This document shows, piece by piece, positions 47,230 to 55,908 of a stretch of 64,000 bases of DNA. The translations under genes were made by a program, and so were the position numbers. The stretch is from an uncultured Burkholderiaceae bacterium (GTDB lineage: Bacteria; Pseudomonadota; Gammaproteobacteria; Burkholderiales; Burkholderiaceae_C). Below the pieces are notes generated by a model that did no database searches, was not told the DNA's origin, and saw nothing but the letters and a program-made list of their open reading frames with translations. Position 1 is the first letter of the stretch. Each line of letters starts with the position of its first letter. The DNA lies in assembly GCA_965284315.1 (NCBI GenBank), contig OZ260072.1:1869243-1933242 (forward strand), read 5' to 3'.

Positions 47230-48193
47230 TGCTGCCGCAGCCGTTGGTGGCCCGGTCGGCTTGCTGGACGGCCGCTTCAATGAACGCTGCCGTGCGCGCC
47301 ACCTGCGTCACCGGCAGCATGTGCCCGCCGTCGACCAGCGTCAGCTGTGTGTGGGGCACTTTCTTGACAAATGCCGTGGCCTGCAGCTGTGGGTCGAGCA
47401 CCAGGTCACCTTTGCCATAGAGCATGGACACCGGCAGTTTCAGGCTGGCGTAAGTGGCTTCCAGCGCTGGCAGGCTGTCAGGAATGGCGGCGAGGTCGGT
47501 CGATGCCGCAATGAACTGCGAGGGCTTGAGGCTCATCAACCCGCCGGCGCGGGTGGCGAAGTCCTTGGGGTGGGTTTCCGGCGAGAACAAAAACTTCATG
47601 ATGGCCGGGCTGCGGACGATGAAGGCGGGCACCGCCGCCGTCCATGCCACCGCCTTGCGCAACCAAGGCGAGGCGATGTCCAGGCCGCGGAAGGGCGTGG
47701 GCAGGCCCTCGGGGGTGTGGGTCAAGGGCGCCACCAGGGCCAGGGCGTTCACCCGCTGTGGGTGGCGGGCCGCCAGCATCAGCGAAATGGCGCCACCCAG
47801 CGAGTGGCCCACCACCGTGGCTTGGGCCACGCCCAGCTTGTCCAACAAGGCGGCCAGGGCGTCGGCCTGGGCCTCCATCGAGGCGCTGGCGCCGGCATGG
47901 CGCAGCGAATGGCCAGAGCCGGGCCGGTCGACCGCGATGACACGGCACTGCGACGCCAGCCGTTTTTCAATGCCGTAGGTAAAGTGGCGCAGTTGGCCGC
48001 CTAGGCCGTGCACCATCAGCACGACCGGGCCGGTGCCACGGTCGACCACATGCAGTCGGGCGCCGGGCACGTCCACAAAGCGGCCGATGGGTTTGAAGCC
48101 AGCGTCGATGCGGCGGTTGGTGGTCCAGGCAAACAGCACCAGGCCGGCGGTGAGCGCGACCGCGCCGACCAGGGCCCACAGTGCGGCGTTCAC
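47219..48193 (-). CDS. alpha/beta fold hydrolase
   Basis: N-terminal TM helix, HGLGG oxyanion motif, and nucleophile elbow GHSLGG. GTGA overlap with the upstream SDR gene. Confidence 0.8.
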   Translation of the reverse strand: MNAALWALVGAVALTAGLVLFAWTTNRRIDAGFKPIGRFVDVPGARLHVVDRGTGPVVLMVHGLGGQLRHFTYGIEKRLASQCRVIAVDRPGSGHSLRHAGASASMEAQADALAALLDKLGVAQATVVGHSLGGAISLMLAARHPQRVNALALVAPLTHTPEGLPTPFRGLDIASPWLRKAVAWTAAVPAFIVRSPAIMKFLFSPETHPKDFATRAGGLMSLKPSQFIAASTDLAAIPDSLPALEATYASLKLPVSMLYGKGDLVLDPQLQATAFVKKVPHTQLTLVDGGHMLPVTQVARTAAFIEAAVQQADRATNGCGSITR

Positions 48194-49005
48194 AGCTTCA
48201 GCCCCCGGCCCAGCAGGCCCCAGTAGCCCACTGGCATCAGCCGCTCAATGAGCGCGGCAAACCAGGCGTCCCAGCCAACGATGACGCGGGCCTTGTCCTG
48301 CTCGATGGCGCGCACAATGATCGCTGCCGCTTTCTCGGGCGGCATGCGCAGCAGCTTTTTGCTCAGGGCCTGACGCTTGGCCACGTCCGCCGACGACAGG
48401 CCATCGGCCATGCGGGCGCTGCTGGCGATCTGGGTGGCCACACCACCGGGGTGCACCACGGTCACGCCCACGGTCGAGCCGGCCATGGCCAGTTCGTGGC
48501 GCAGCGCGTTGGAGAAACCGCGCACCGCAAACTTGCTGGCCGAGTAGGCGCACTGCTCGGGCGGTGCGATCAGGCCGAACAGGCTGGACAGATTCACGAT
48601 GCGCGCCGCATTGCGCTGGCGCAGCAGCGGCAAAAAGGCACGGGTCATGCGCACCAGGCCGTTGAAGTTGATGTCCATCAGCCAGTCGAAATCGCGCTCG
48701 CTGACCTGTTCGAAGTTGCCCGCCATCGCCACGCCGGCGTTGTTGATGAGCAGGTCGACCTGGCCATGTGCGGCCAGCACGGCGTCGGGCAGGGCGGCCA
48801 CGGCGTCGCGGCTGGCCACGTCCAGTGCGTGCTGGCTGACCCGCACGCCCAGCGGTTGCACCAGCGCGGCGGTCTCCATCAGCGCGGCGGGGTTGATGTC
48901 GGCCAGCGCGAGGTGGCAGCCCTTCTGGGCCAGCAACAGCGCCAGTGCGCGGCCAATGCCGCTGCCGGCGCCAGTGAGCACGGCCACTTTATTGTGCAGG
49001 TTCAT
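48190..49005 (-). CDS. SDR family oxidoreductase
   Basis: TGAGSGIGRA, NNAG, YSASK motifs. Confidence 0.9.
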   Translation of the reverse strand: MNLHNKVAVLTGAGSGIGRALALLLAQKGCHLALADINPAALMETAALVQPLGVRVSQHALDVASRDAVAALPDAVLAAHGQVDLLINNAGVAMAGNFEQVSERDFDWLMDINFNGLVRMTRAFLPLLRQRNAARIVNLSSLFGLIAPPEQCAYSASKFAVRGFSNALRHELAMAGSTVGVTVVHPGGVATQIASSARMADGLSSADVAKRQALSKKLLRMPPEKAAAIIVRAIEQDKARVIVGWDAWFAALIERLMPVGYWGLLGRGLKL

Positions 49006-49014
49006 GGGTTTCTT

Positions 49015-50496
49015 TCAGCGGGAGAACTGCACCACGCCGTCGGCGATGCGGCTGTAGCGGATGCTGAGCATGTCCAGCAGGTAGTTCTGGTACACCTGCC
49101 AGGGGCGGCGCGAGCCCTGCTTGGGCAGCAGGCCGGCGGCCCGCTGCACGTAGCCGGAGCTGAAGTCGAGGAAAGGTTGCGGCTCGACGTCGTTGCCTGG
49201 ACGGGCCACGGCAGTGCGCAGGCCCTGGGCGTCCATGTGGTTGAGCAGACGGCACACGCGCTCGGCGGTGAGGTCGGCCTTGAGCGTCCACGACGCATTG
49301 GTGTAGCCAAAAGCCATCGCCAGGTTGGGTACATCGCTGAGCATCATGCCGCGGTACACCAGTGTCTGGTTGGCGTTGCAGGCACGGCCATCCACCGTGA
49401 CGGCAATGTCGCCCAGTGCGTTGAGTTTCAGGCCGGTGGCGGTGACCACGATGTCGGCCTTCAGTTCTTTGCCGGAATGGAGCTTGATGCCGGTCGGCGT
49501 GAAATGGTCAACCGTGTCGGTCACCACACTGGCCTTGCCGGCGCGCAACTGGCGGAACAAATCTCCGTCGGGCACCACACACACGCGCTGGTCCCAGGGC
49601 TTGTATTTGGGCGTGAAATGGGCGGCGTCCACCTGGCCACCCGCCTGTTTTTTGGCCAAGTGCACAAGAACCTGCTTGACCTTGTTCGGCCGGCGCCGTG
49701 CGAGCTGGAAAAAGAACATGCCCAGGCCGACGTTTTTCCAGCGGGTCAGCGCGTAAGCCAGGCGGTCCGGCAGCAGGCGCTGCAGGCGCTGGGCCAAGCC
49801 GTCTTCGGCCGGGCGGCTGATCACGTAGGTGGGGGAGCGCTGCAGCATGGTCACGTGCGCGGCAGTGTCGGCCATGGACGGTACCAGCGTCACCGCAGTG
49901 GCGCCGCTGCCAATTACCACCACCTGTTTGTTCGCGTAGTCCAGCTTTTCGGGCCAGAACTGCGGGTGCACCACCTGGCCCTGAAAGTCGGCCTGGCCGG
50001 CAAACTCGGGGGCGTGGCCTTCGGCGTAGCTGTAGTAGCCGCTGCACAGGTAGAGAAAACGTGCCTGGATCTGCACGGTGGTCTTCACGCCGTCGTCCAG
50101 CTGCTGTTCGCATTCCACCGTCCACAAAGCGTCTGCCGACGACCACGCCGCGCGCTTGACCATGTGGCGGTAGCGGATGTGCTGGGTGACACCGGTTTCT
50201 TCGGCGGCCGAGCGGATGTAGTTCAGGATGGAGGGGCCGTCGGCAATCGCTTTGGCGGCGGTCCAGGGCTTGAAGCTGTAGCCCAGGGTGTGCATGTCCG
50301 AGTCGGAGCGGATGCCGGGGTAGCGGAACAGATCCCAGGTACCGCCCAGCGCCGCGCGGCCCTCCAGCAGCGCAAAGGTTTTGCCGGGGCAGCGCTGCTG
50401 CAGGTGGCGGGCGGCGCCAATGCCGGACAGGCCGGCACCGACGATGAGGACGTCCAGCGGGGCCGCAGGGGCGGTGGAAGAAGCGGGGTGGGCCAT
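49015..50496 (-). CDS. flavin-containing (Baeyer-Villiger/EthA/AlmA-like) monooxygenase
   Basis: FAD motif VGAGLSGIG, FRYPGIRSDSD fingerprint, and a second dinucleotide motif VIGSGATA. ATG at 50496 with an AGGAG RBS preferred over the TTG at 50523. Confidence 0.9.
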   Translation of the reverse strand: MAHPASSTAPAAPLDVLIVGAGLSGIGAARHLQQRCPGKTFALLEGRAALGGTWDLFRYPGIRSDSDMHTLGYSFKPWTAAKAIADGPSILNYIRSAAEETGVTQHIRYRHMVKRAAWSSADALWTVECEQQLDDGVKTTVQIQARFLYLCSGYYSYAEGHAPEFAGQADFQGQVVHPQFWPEKLDYANKQVVVIGSGATAVTLVPSMADTAAHVTMLQRSPTYVISRPAEDGLAQRLQRLLPDRLAYALTRWKNVGLGMFFFQLARRRPNKVKQVLVHLAKKQAGGQVDAAHFTPKYKPWDQRVCVVPDGDLFRQLRAGKASVVTDTVDHFTPTGIKLHSGKELKADIVVTATGLKLNALGDIAVTVDGRACNANQTLVYRGMMLSDVPNLAMAFGYTNASWTLKADLTAERVCRLLNHMDAQGLRTAVARPGNDVEPQPFLDFSSGYVQRAAGLLPKQGSRRPWQVYQNYLLDMLSIRYSRIADGVVQFSR

Positions 50497-50528
50497 GGTT
50501 GGGGGCTCCTGAGTTTCTGACAAAGCAA

Positions 50529-50549
50529 ATTGTCAAATGAATTGACAAT
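50529..50549. promoter_or_regulatory. candidate TetR operator: perfect 8-bp inverted repeat
   Basis: ATTGTCAA-N5-TTGACAAT in the 74-bp divergent region between the monooxygenase and tetR starts. A second, imperfect palindrome GTCACAATTGCGAC lies at 50557-50570. Confidence 0.6.
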
Positions 50550-50570
50550 CTTTCATGTCACAATTGCGAC

Positions 50571-51206
50571 GTGGGCACCGATTCTGTCATTGAAACCAAC
50601 GCCGACGGCGCGCGGCCCTACCGCGGCCTGGCGCCGGACGAACGCCGGGCGCAGCGCCGTGCAGCGCTGATTGACGCGGCCATCGAGACCTATGGCGAAC
50701 GCGGTTACCGGGCCTCCACCGTCAAGGGCGTGTGTGCGGCGGCAGGGTTGACCGAACGCTATTTCTACGAATCTTTCGAGAGCAGCGAAGCGCTGCTGAT
50801 GGCCTGTTACCACCACGTCAACGCGCAGCTGTTCATGCAGATCGCCGAAGCCGCCGAAGCCGCCGGCGGCGACACCCAGGCGCGCGGTCGCGCGATGCTG
50901 AGCGCTTATTTCTCGGCGCTGCAGGCCCAGCCGCGGCCGGCGCGGGTGTTTTTGATGGAGATTCGCGGCGTCAGCCCGGCGGTGGATGCGGCCTTTGACG
51001 AAGCGCTGGCCCAGATGGGTGCAGCCGCCGCAGAGGTGATTGCCCCCGGCAACACCGCCCCCAACACCCTGCTGCAGACCGGCGTGACCGGTGGCGTGGT
51101 GCACATTGCCATGCGCTGGATACGCGACGGCTACCAGCCGCCGCTGGCCGAGGTGGTGGAAACCGCGCTGGAGCTGGGCCTGGTGCTGACCCGGCCCGCG
51201 AAATAA
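50571..51206 (+). CDS. TetR/AcrR family transcriptional regulator
   Basis: N-terminal HTH (AAIETYGERGYRASTVKGVCAAAGLTERYFYESF). GTG start. Confidence 0.85.
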   Translation: MGTDSVIETNADGARPYRGLAPDERRAQRRAALIDAAIETYGERGYRASTVKGVCAAAGLTERYFYESFESSEALLMACYHHVNAQLFMQIAEAAEAAGGDTQARGRAMLSAYFSALQAQPRPARVFLMEIRGVSPAVDAAFDEALAQMGAAAAEVIAPGNTAPNTLLQTGVTGGVVHIAMRWIRDGYQPPLAEVVETALELGLVLTRPAK

Positions 51207-51210
51207 GCGC

Positions 51211-52326
51211 TCAGGCGAACACGCCGGCCGTGTCCTGCATGCGGGCCGACACCTCGCCCAGGTGGTGCAGGCTGTCGCCCAGCGTCATTTCCAGTTGGGT
51301 GAGTTTCTTGAAGTAGTGGCTGACGATGTACTCGTCGGTCACGCCGATGCCGCCGTGCAGCTGCACCGCCTGCTGGCCGACAAAACGCATCGACTGGCCG
51401 AGCTGGTATTTGGCGCGGGCCAAGGCGCGGCGGCGTTCCTCAGAAGGCGCGTTGAGCTTGAGTGAGGCGTAGTAGCTCATCGAACGGGCCAGCTCCAGTT
51501 GCATCTTCATGTCGGCCACGCGGTGCCGCAGCGCCTGGAAAGTGGCAATGGCCACGCCAAACTGCTTGCGGGTGTTCATGTACTCCACCGTCACGTCCAG
51601 CGTTTTGTCCATCACGCCCACGGCTTCGGCGCAGAGCGCGGCAATGCCCACGTCCACCGCGTGTTCCAGTGCGGTCAGGCCCTCGGTGGTGATCAGGGTG
51701 GCGGGGCTGTTGGCGCAGGTGAGTTCGGCGGCGCGGCCACCGTCTTGCGTGCCGTAGCCGCGGGTAGTGACACCTGCGGCAGTGCGCTCCACCAGGAACA
51801 GCGCGATCTTGTCGCCAATCTTGGCGGGTACGATGAAGGCGTCGGCCGCATCGCCTGCGGGTACCACGCTTTTGCTGGCAGTCAATGCATATCCGGCGCT
51901 GGCCTGTGTGGCGTCGGCTTCGCACATGTCAAGCCGGTAGCGGGCTTTTCGCTCGGTGTGGGCCAGCACCACCAGCGCCTCACCGCTGGCAATTTTCGGC
52001 AGCCAGGCGGCCTGCACATCGGCGGGGGCGTAGCCGCCCAGCACCGCGCTGGCAATCAAGGTTTGCGCAAACGGCTCCAGAACGATGCCGCGCCCCAGTT
52101 CTTCCATCACCACCATGCCTTCAACGGGGCCCATGCCCAGACCCTCGTGCGCCTCGGGCACGTACAGGCCACACAGGCCCAGTTCGGCAATCTCGCCATA
52201 GGCCTCGCGCGAGAAGCCGCCGGCTTTGACCGTGCCGCGCCGGCGCTCGAAGGTGTAGCCCTTGTCCACCCACTTGCGCACCGCGTCGCGCAGCGATGCC
52301 TGGTCGTCAGAGAAGTCGAAGTCCAT
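51211..52326 (-). CDS. acyl-CoA dehydrogenase family protein
   Basis: MDFDFSDDQ start with an AAGGAG RBS; ACAD N/M/C domains; GGIGVTDEY near the C-terminus. The 627-aa track ORF is a read-through into the upstream gene. Confidence 0.88.
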   Translation of the reverse strand: MDFDFSDDQASLRDAVRKWVDKGYTFERRRGTVKAGGFSREAYGEIAELGLCGLYVPEAHEGLGMGPVEGMVVMEELGRGIVLEPFAQTLIASAVLGGYAPADVQAAWLPKIASGEALVVLAHTERKARYRLDMCEADATQASAGYALTASKSVVPAGDAADAFIVPAKIGDKIALFLVERTAAGVTTRGYGTQDGGRAAELTCANSPATLITTEGLTALEHAVDVGIAALCAEAVGVMDKTLDVTVEYMNTRKQFGVAIATFQALRHRVADMKMQLELARSMSYYASLKLNAPSEERRRALARAKYQLGQSMRFVGQQAVQLHGGIGVTDEYIVSHYFKKLTQLEMTLGDSLHHLGEVSARMQDTAGVFA

Positions 52327-52337
52327 TTTTATTCTCC

Positions 52338-53516
52338 TTAGCCCAGAACGACCTGGGACACGATGTTGCGTTGGACCTCGTTCGAGCCCCCGTAAATCGT
52401 CGTCTTGCGCATGTTGAAATAGTTCGCCGCCAGCGGCGCGCAGTGCGCGGGCCCGACATGGTCGCCTTGCCAACCGGCCTCCATCGCCTCGTAAATGAAA
52501 GGCAAGCTCGACGGGCCGGCCGCCAGCATCATCAGCTCGGTGTAGCGCTGCTGGATTTCGCTGCCGCGGATCTTCAGCAGGCCGGCGATGTCCAGGCTCT
52601 GCTTGCCGGATTTCTCGGCGCTCAGCACCCGCAGCACCAGCATTTCCAGCGCCACCACGTCCACCTCCAGCTTGGCCACTTCGTCCCGGAAGCGCTGGTC
52701 GTCGTACACGCCTTCGGCTTTGGCGATGCGCTTGAGGCGCTCCAGCTCGCGCTTGGCGCGGTTCACGTCGGCAATGTTGGTGCGCTCGTGGCTGAGCAGG
52801 TGCTTGGCGTAGGTCCAGCCCTTGTTTTCTTCGCCAATCAGGTTGTGGGCGGGTACTTCGACGTTGTCGAACCAGACCTCGTTCACCTCGGGCTCGCCGT
52901 CCATCAGCACGATGGGCCGCACGCTCACGCCGGGGCTTTTCATGTCGATCAGCAGAAAGCTGATGCCAGTCTGTGGCTTGCCTTCGTTGCTGGTGCGCAC
53001 CAGGCAGAAAATCCATTCGCCGTACTGGCCCAGCGTGGTCCAGGTTTTCTGGCCGTTGACGATGTACTTGTCGCCCTGGCGCTCGGCCTTGCATTTGACC
53101 GAGGCCAGGTCCGAGCCCGAGCCCGGCTCAGAGTAGCCCTGGCTCCACCAGACCTCGCCGCTGGCGATGCCGGGCAGAAAGCGCTGTTGCTGCTCGGCGT
53201 TGCCAAACGCCATGATGACTGGCGCCACCATCACCGGGCCGAAGGGCACCACGCGGGGCGAGCCGGCCAGCGCGCATTCTTCCTCGAACAAATGCTTCTG
53301 CACCGCGTTCCAGCCCGGGCCGCCAAACTCCTTGGGCCAGCCCCAGCCCAGCCAGCCTTTCTTGCCGAGGATCTTGGCCCAGCGCTGCATGTCGTCACGG
53401 CCCAGGCGCTGGGCGTTGAACACTTTCTGCGAAATGTCGGCCGGCAGGTGGCTGCGGACCCAGGCGCGGATATCCTCGCGAAAGGCCTGTTCTTCGGGGG
53501 TGAATGCCAAATCCAT
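52338..53516 (-). CDS. acyl-CoA dehydrogenase family protein
   Basis: MDLAFTPEEQAFRE start. WSQGYSEPGSGSD and YGGSNEVQRN motifs. Confidence 0.9.
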   Translation of the reverse strand: MDLAFTPEEQAFREDIRAWVRSHLPADISQKVFNAQRLGRDDMQRWAKILGKKGWLGWGWPKEFGGPGWNAVQKHLFEEECALAGSPRVVPFGPVMVAPVIMAFGNAEQQQRFLPGIASGEVWWSQGYSEPGSGSDLASVKCKAERQGDKYIVNGQKTWTTLGQYGEWIFCLVRTSNEGKPQTGISFLLIDMKSPGVSVRPIVLMDGEPEVNEVWFDNVEVPAHNLIGEENKGWTYAKHLLSHERTNIADVNRAKRELERLKRIAKAEGVYDDQRFRDEVAKLEVDVVALEMLVLRVLSAEKSGKQSLDIAGLLKIRGSEIQQRYTELMMLAAGPSSLPFIYEAMEAGWQGDHVGPAHCAPLAANYFNMRKTTIYGGSNEVQRNIVSQVVLG

Positions 53517-53618
53517 GGGGTTGTCTCCAGAGCTGCGGCTTTGTAGCACGCAGGGTGCTGTGGCGCATGTCGAGGTGGTGACATGGCTGGCGATAATGTC
53601 GGGTTACCGATTCCACCC

Positions 53619-54197
53619 ATGAAAAACATCGTCATCCTGATTTCCGGCAGCGGCTCCAACATGGCGGCCATTGTGGAAACTGCCCAGCGCGAGCGCTGGT
53701 CCGACACGCTGGGCGCCACAGTGGCGGCGGTCATCAGCAACAAGCCGGCGGCAGCCGGTCTGGCGGTGGCCAATGCGCTGGGCGTGCCCACACAGGTGCT
53801 GGACCACACCGGTTTTGCCAACCGCGAGGCGTTTGACGTCGCCTTGGCCCAGGCCATCGACGTTCACACCCCAGCGCTGGTGGTACTGGCCGGCTTTCTG
53901 CGCATTCTCACGCCGGCTTTTGTGAACCACTACGCCGGCCGGCTGGTCAACATCCACCCTTCGCTGTTGCCAGCTTTTCCGGGGCTGAACACGCACCAGC
54001 GGGCCATCGACAGCGGCTGCCGCTTCGCCGGTGCCACCGTGCACCGCGTGACGGCTGAACTGGACCACGGCCCCATCCTCGACCAGGCGGTGGTGCCAGT
54101 GCTTCCCGGCGACACGGCGGCCACGCTGGCCGCCCGGGTGCTGGCGCAAGAGCACCGCATCTACCCCCAGGCGGTTAAAACGCTCCTGAAAGCATAG
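53619..54197 (+). CDS. purN: phosphoribosylglycinamide formyltransferase
   Basis: ILISGSGSNM, NIHPSLLP and HRVTAELDHGPI motifs. Confidence 0.92.
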   Translation: MKNIVILISGSGSNMAAIVETAQRERWSDTLGATVAAVISNKPAAAGLAVANALGVPTQVLDHTGFANREAFDVALAQAIDVHTPALVVLAGFLRILTPAFVNHYAGRLVNIHPSLLPAFPGLNTHQRAIDSGCRFAGATVHRVTAELDHGPILDQAVVPVLPGDTAATLAARVLAQEHRIYPQAVKTLLKA

Positions 54198-54250
54198 CTG
54201 TACCGCAAGGTTTCACTAAGGCTCAAGCCGTATTGGGCTTGAAATCGGCC
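54191..54250 (+). repeat. dispersed repeat element, copy C (left-truncated; spans the purN stop and the DUF1653 gene 3' end)
   Basis: catagctgtaccgcaaggtttcactaaggctcaagccgtattgggcttgaaatc. It contains a 7-bp stem hairpin, tcaagcc-gtattg-ggcttga. Confidence 0.75.
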
Positions 54251-54492
54251 GCCGCAGACGCTGCCACCGGCGCAAACCGGGCCTGGGAGCGGCCAGCCAC
54301 CTCCACCGTGCTGTTGAACATCGTCGCTGGCCGCACCCACAGGCCGTGTTCACCGTACAGCGCACGGTAGAGCGTCAAGTATTCCTGTGTTTCGCTGTGG
54401 CGCACGGTGTCTATCACCTCGTACAAATTCCCTTTGTAGTGGCGGTACAGGCCGGGTGGGGTGATGAGCGGGGGCAGGTGGTCGTCAGACAT
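54223..54492 (-). CDS. DUF1653 domain-containing protein
   Basis: GLYRHYKGNLYEV...HSETQEYLTLYRALYG core. Internal ATG at 54492 chosen. Confidence 0.75.
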   Translation of the reverse strand: MSDDHLPPLITPPGLYRHYKGNLYEVIDTVRHSETQEYLTLYRALYGEHGLWVRPATMFNSTVEVAGRSQARFAPVAASAAADFKPNTA

Positions 54493-54535
54493 GGGCGTAT
54501 TCCGGGAAAAACAGAGCGCGTGGGACAATCGGAGG

Positions 54536-55807
54536 ATGCATCCTAAAGCCCTGCTCGACGCCTGCAGTGAACTGGTCAAGCTGGCGCTTCAATTCGACCA
54601 CCCCACCGACGGGACCGTGTCCCGTTTTTTCCGCGACAACCGCCAACTCGGGCCGCGCGAGCGTGCGACCCTGGCCGACACGGTCTACAACGTGCTGCGC
54701 CACAAGCTGCGTTTTGAGCACTTTGCCCCCTCCGGCAGCGGCCCCAAAGAGCGCCGGCTGGCCATCCTCGGCTTTGCCGCGCCGCGCGACTTTCTGCTCG
54801 GTGCGCTGAACGACGTCGAGAAAAACTGGCTCGCCCAGTGCGACCGCATCCAGCCCGGCGACCTGCTGGAACGCCACCGCCACAACCTGCCCGAGTGGCT
54901 GGTGACCGAACTCAAGGCCCAGTTGGGCGACGATTTCTGGCCACTGGTGAACAGCCTGGACACCCAGGCGCCACTCGATCTGCGCGTCAACGCCCTGACC
55001 GACAAGCGTGCCGACGTTCAGCAAGAGCTGGCCCAGGCCGGTGTCAAAACCCAGGCCACCCCGTGGTCACCCTGGGGGCTGCGGGTGGACGGCAAACCGT
55101 CTTTGTCGCAGGTGGCGGCGTTCGTGCGCGGCGCGGTCGAGGTGCAGGACGAGGGTTCTCAGGTGCTGGCCTTGCTGCTCGACGCCAAACGCGGCGAGAT
55201 GGTGGCCGACTTCTGTGCCGGTGCCGGTGGCAAGACGCTGGCGATCGGCGCCAGCATGCGCAACACCGGCCGGCTGTACGCGTTCGACACCTCCGCCCAC
55301 CGGCTCGATGCGCTCAAGCCCCGGCTGGCGCGCAGTGGCCTGTCCAACGTCCACCCGGCGGCCATTGCCCATGAGCGGGACGACCGCATCAAACGCCTGG
55401 CCGGCAAGATCGACCGGGTGCTGGTCGACGCGCCGTGTTCTGGCCTGGGCACCTTGCGCCGCAACCCGGCGTTGAAATGGCGGCAAAACCCGGCGGCTGT
55501 GGCCGAGGCGGCTGCGCTCCAGGCCACCATTTTGCAAAGCGCCGCCCGCCTGCTGAAGCCCGGTGGCCGGCTGGTGTACGCCACCTGCAGCCTGTTGCCG
55601 GCCGAAAACGAGGCCATCGCCGCGGCTTTCTCCGCCGCCAACAGCGACTTCACCCCTCTTGAAGTGGCCGACATCCTGACCCATCTGAAGGTGGAAGGCG
55701 CTGCCAGCCTGTGCAGCGGCCCGGTTTCCGGCGGCGAATACCTCCGCCTGTGGCCCCACCGGCACCGCACCGACGGTTTTTTTGCCGCCGTCTGGCAGAA
55801 AAAATGA
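54536..55807 (+). CDS. RsmB/NOP family class I SAM-dependent RNA m5C methyltransferase
   Basis: GGAGG RBS before the ATG at 54536. DFCAGAGGKT, VLVDAPCSGLGTLRRNP and YATCSL motifs. Confidence 0.85.
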   Translation: MHPKALLDACSELVKLALQFDHPTDGTVSRFFRDNRQLGPRERATLADTVYNVLRHKLRFEHFAPSGSGPKERRLAILGFAAPRDFLLGALNDVEKNWLAQCDRIQPGDLLERHRHNLPEWLVTELKAQLGDDFWPLVNSLDTQAPLDLRVNALTDKRADVQQELAQAGVKTQATPWSPWGLRVDGKPSLSQVAAFVRGAVEVQDEGSQVLALLLDAKRGEMVADFCAGAGGKTLAIGASMRNTGRLYAFDTSAHRLDALKPRLARSGLSNVHPAAIAHERDDRIKRLAGKIDRVLVDAPCSGLGTLRRNPALKWRQNPAAVAEAAALQATILQSAARLLKPGGRLVYATCSLLPAENEAIAAAFSAANSDFTPLEVADILTHLKVEGAASLCSGPVSGGEYLRLWPHRHRTDGFFAAVWQKK

Positions 55808-55908
55808 CGTGTAACCGGCATTTAGAGGCGCACGACTGGCGAAACTTCCCCGAAACAACGCGAAAGTACGACAATACGGGGTTATTTGTATGAGAAACAC
55901 TGTTGACT

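Noticed and set aside
51211-53094. 627-aa ORF suggesting a fused acyl-CoA dehydrogenase
   Set aside because: The N-terminal 256 aa are an out-of-frame read-through over the upstream ACAD gene. A strong RBS plus ATG at 52326 gives a normal 371-aa ACAD.
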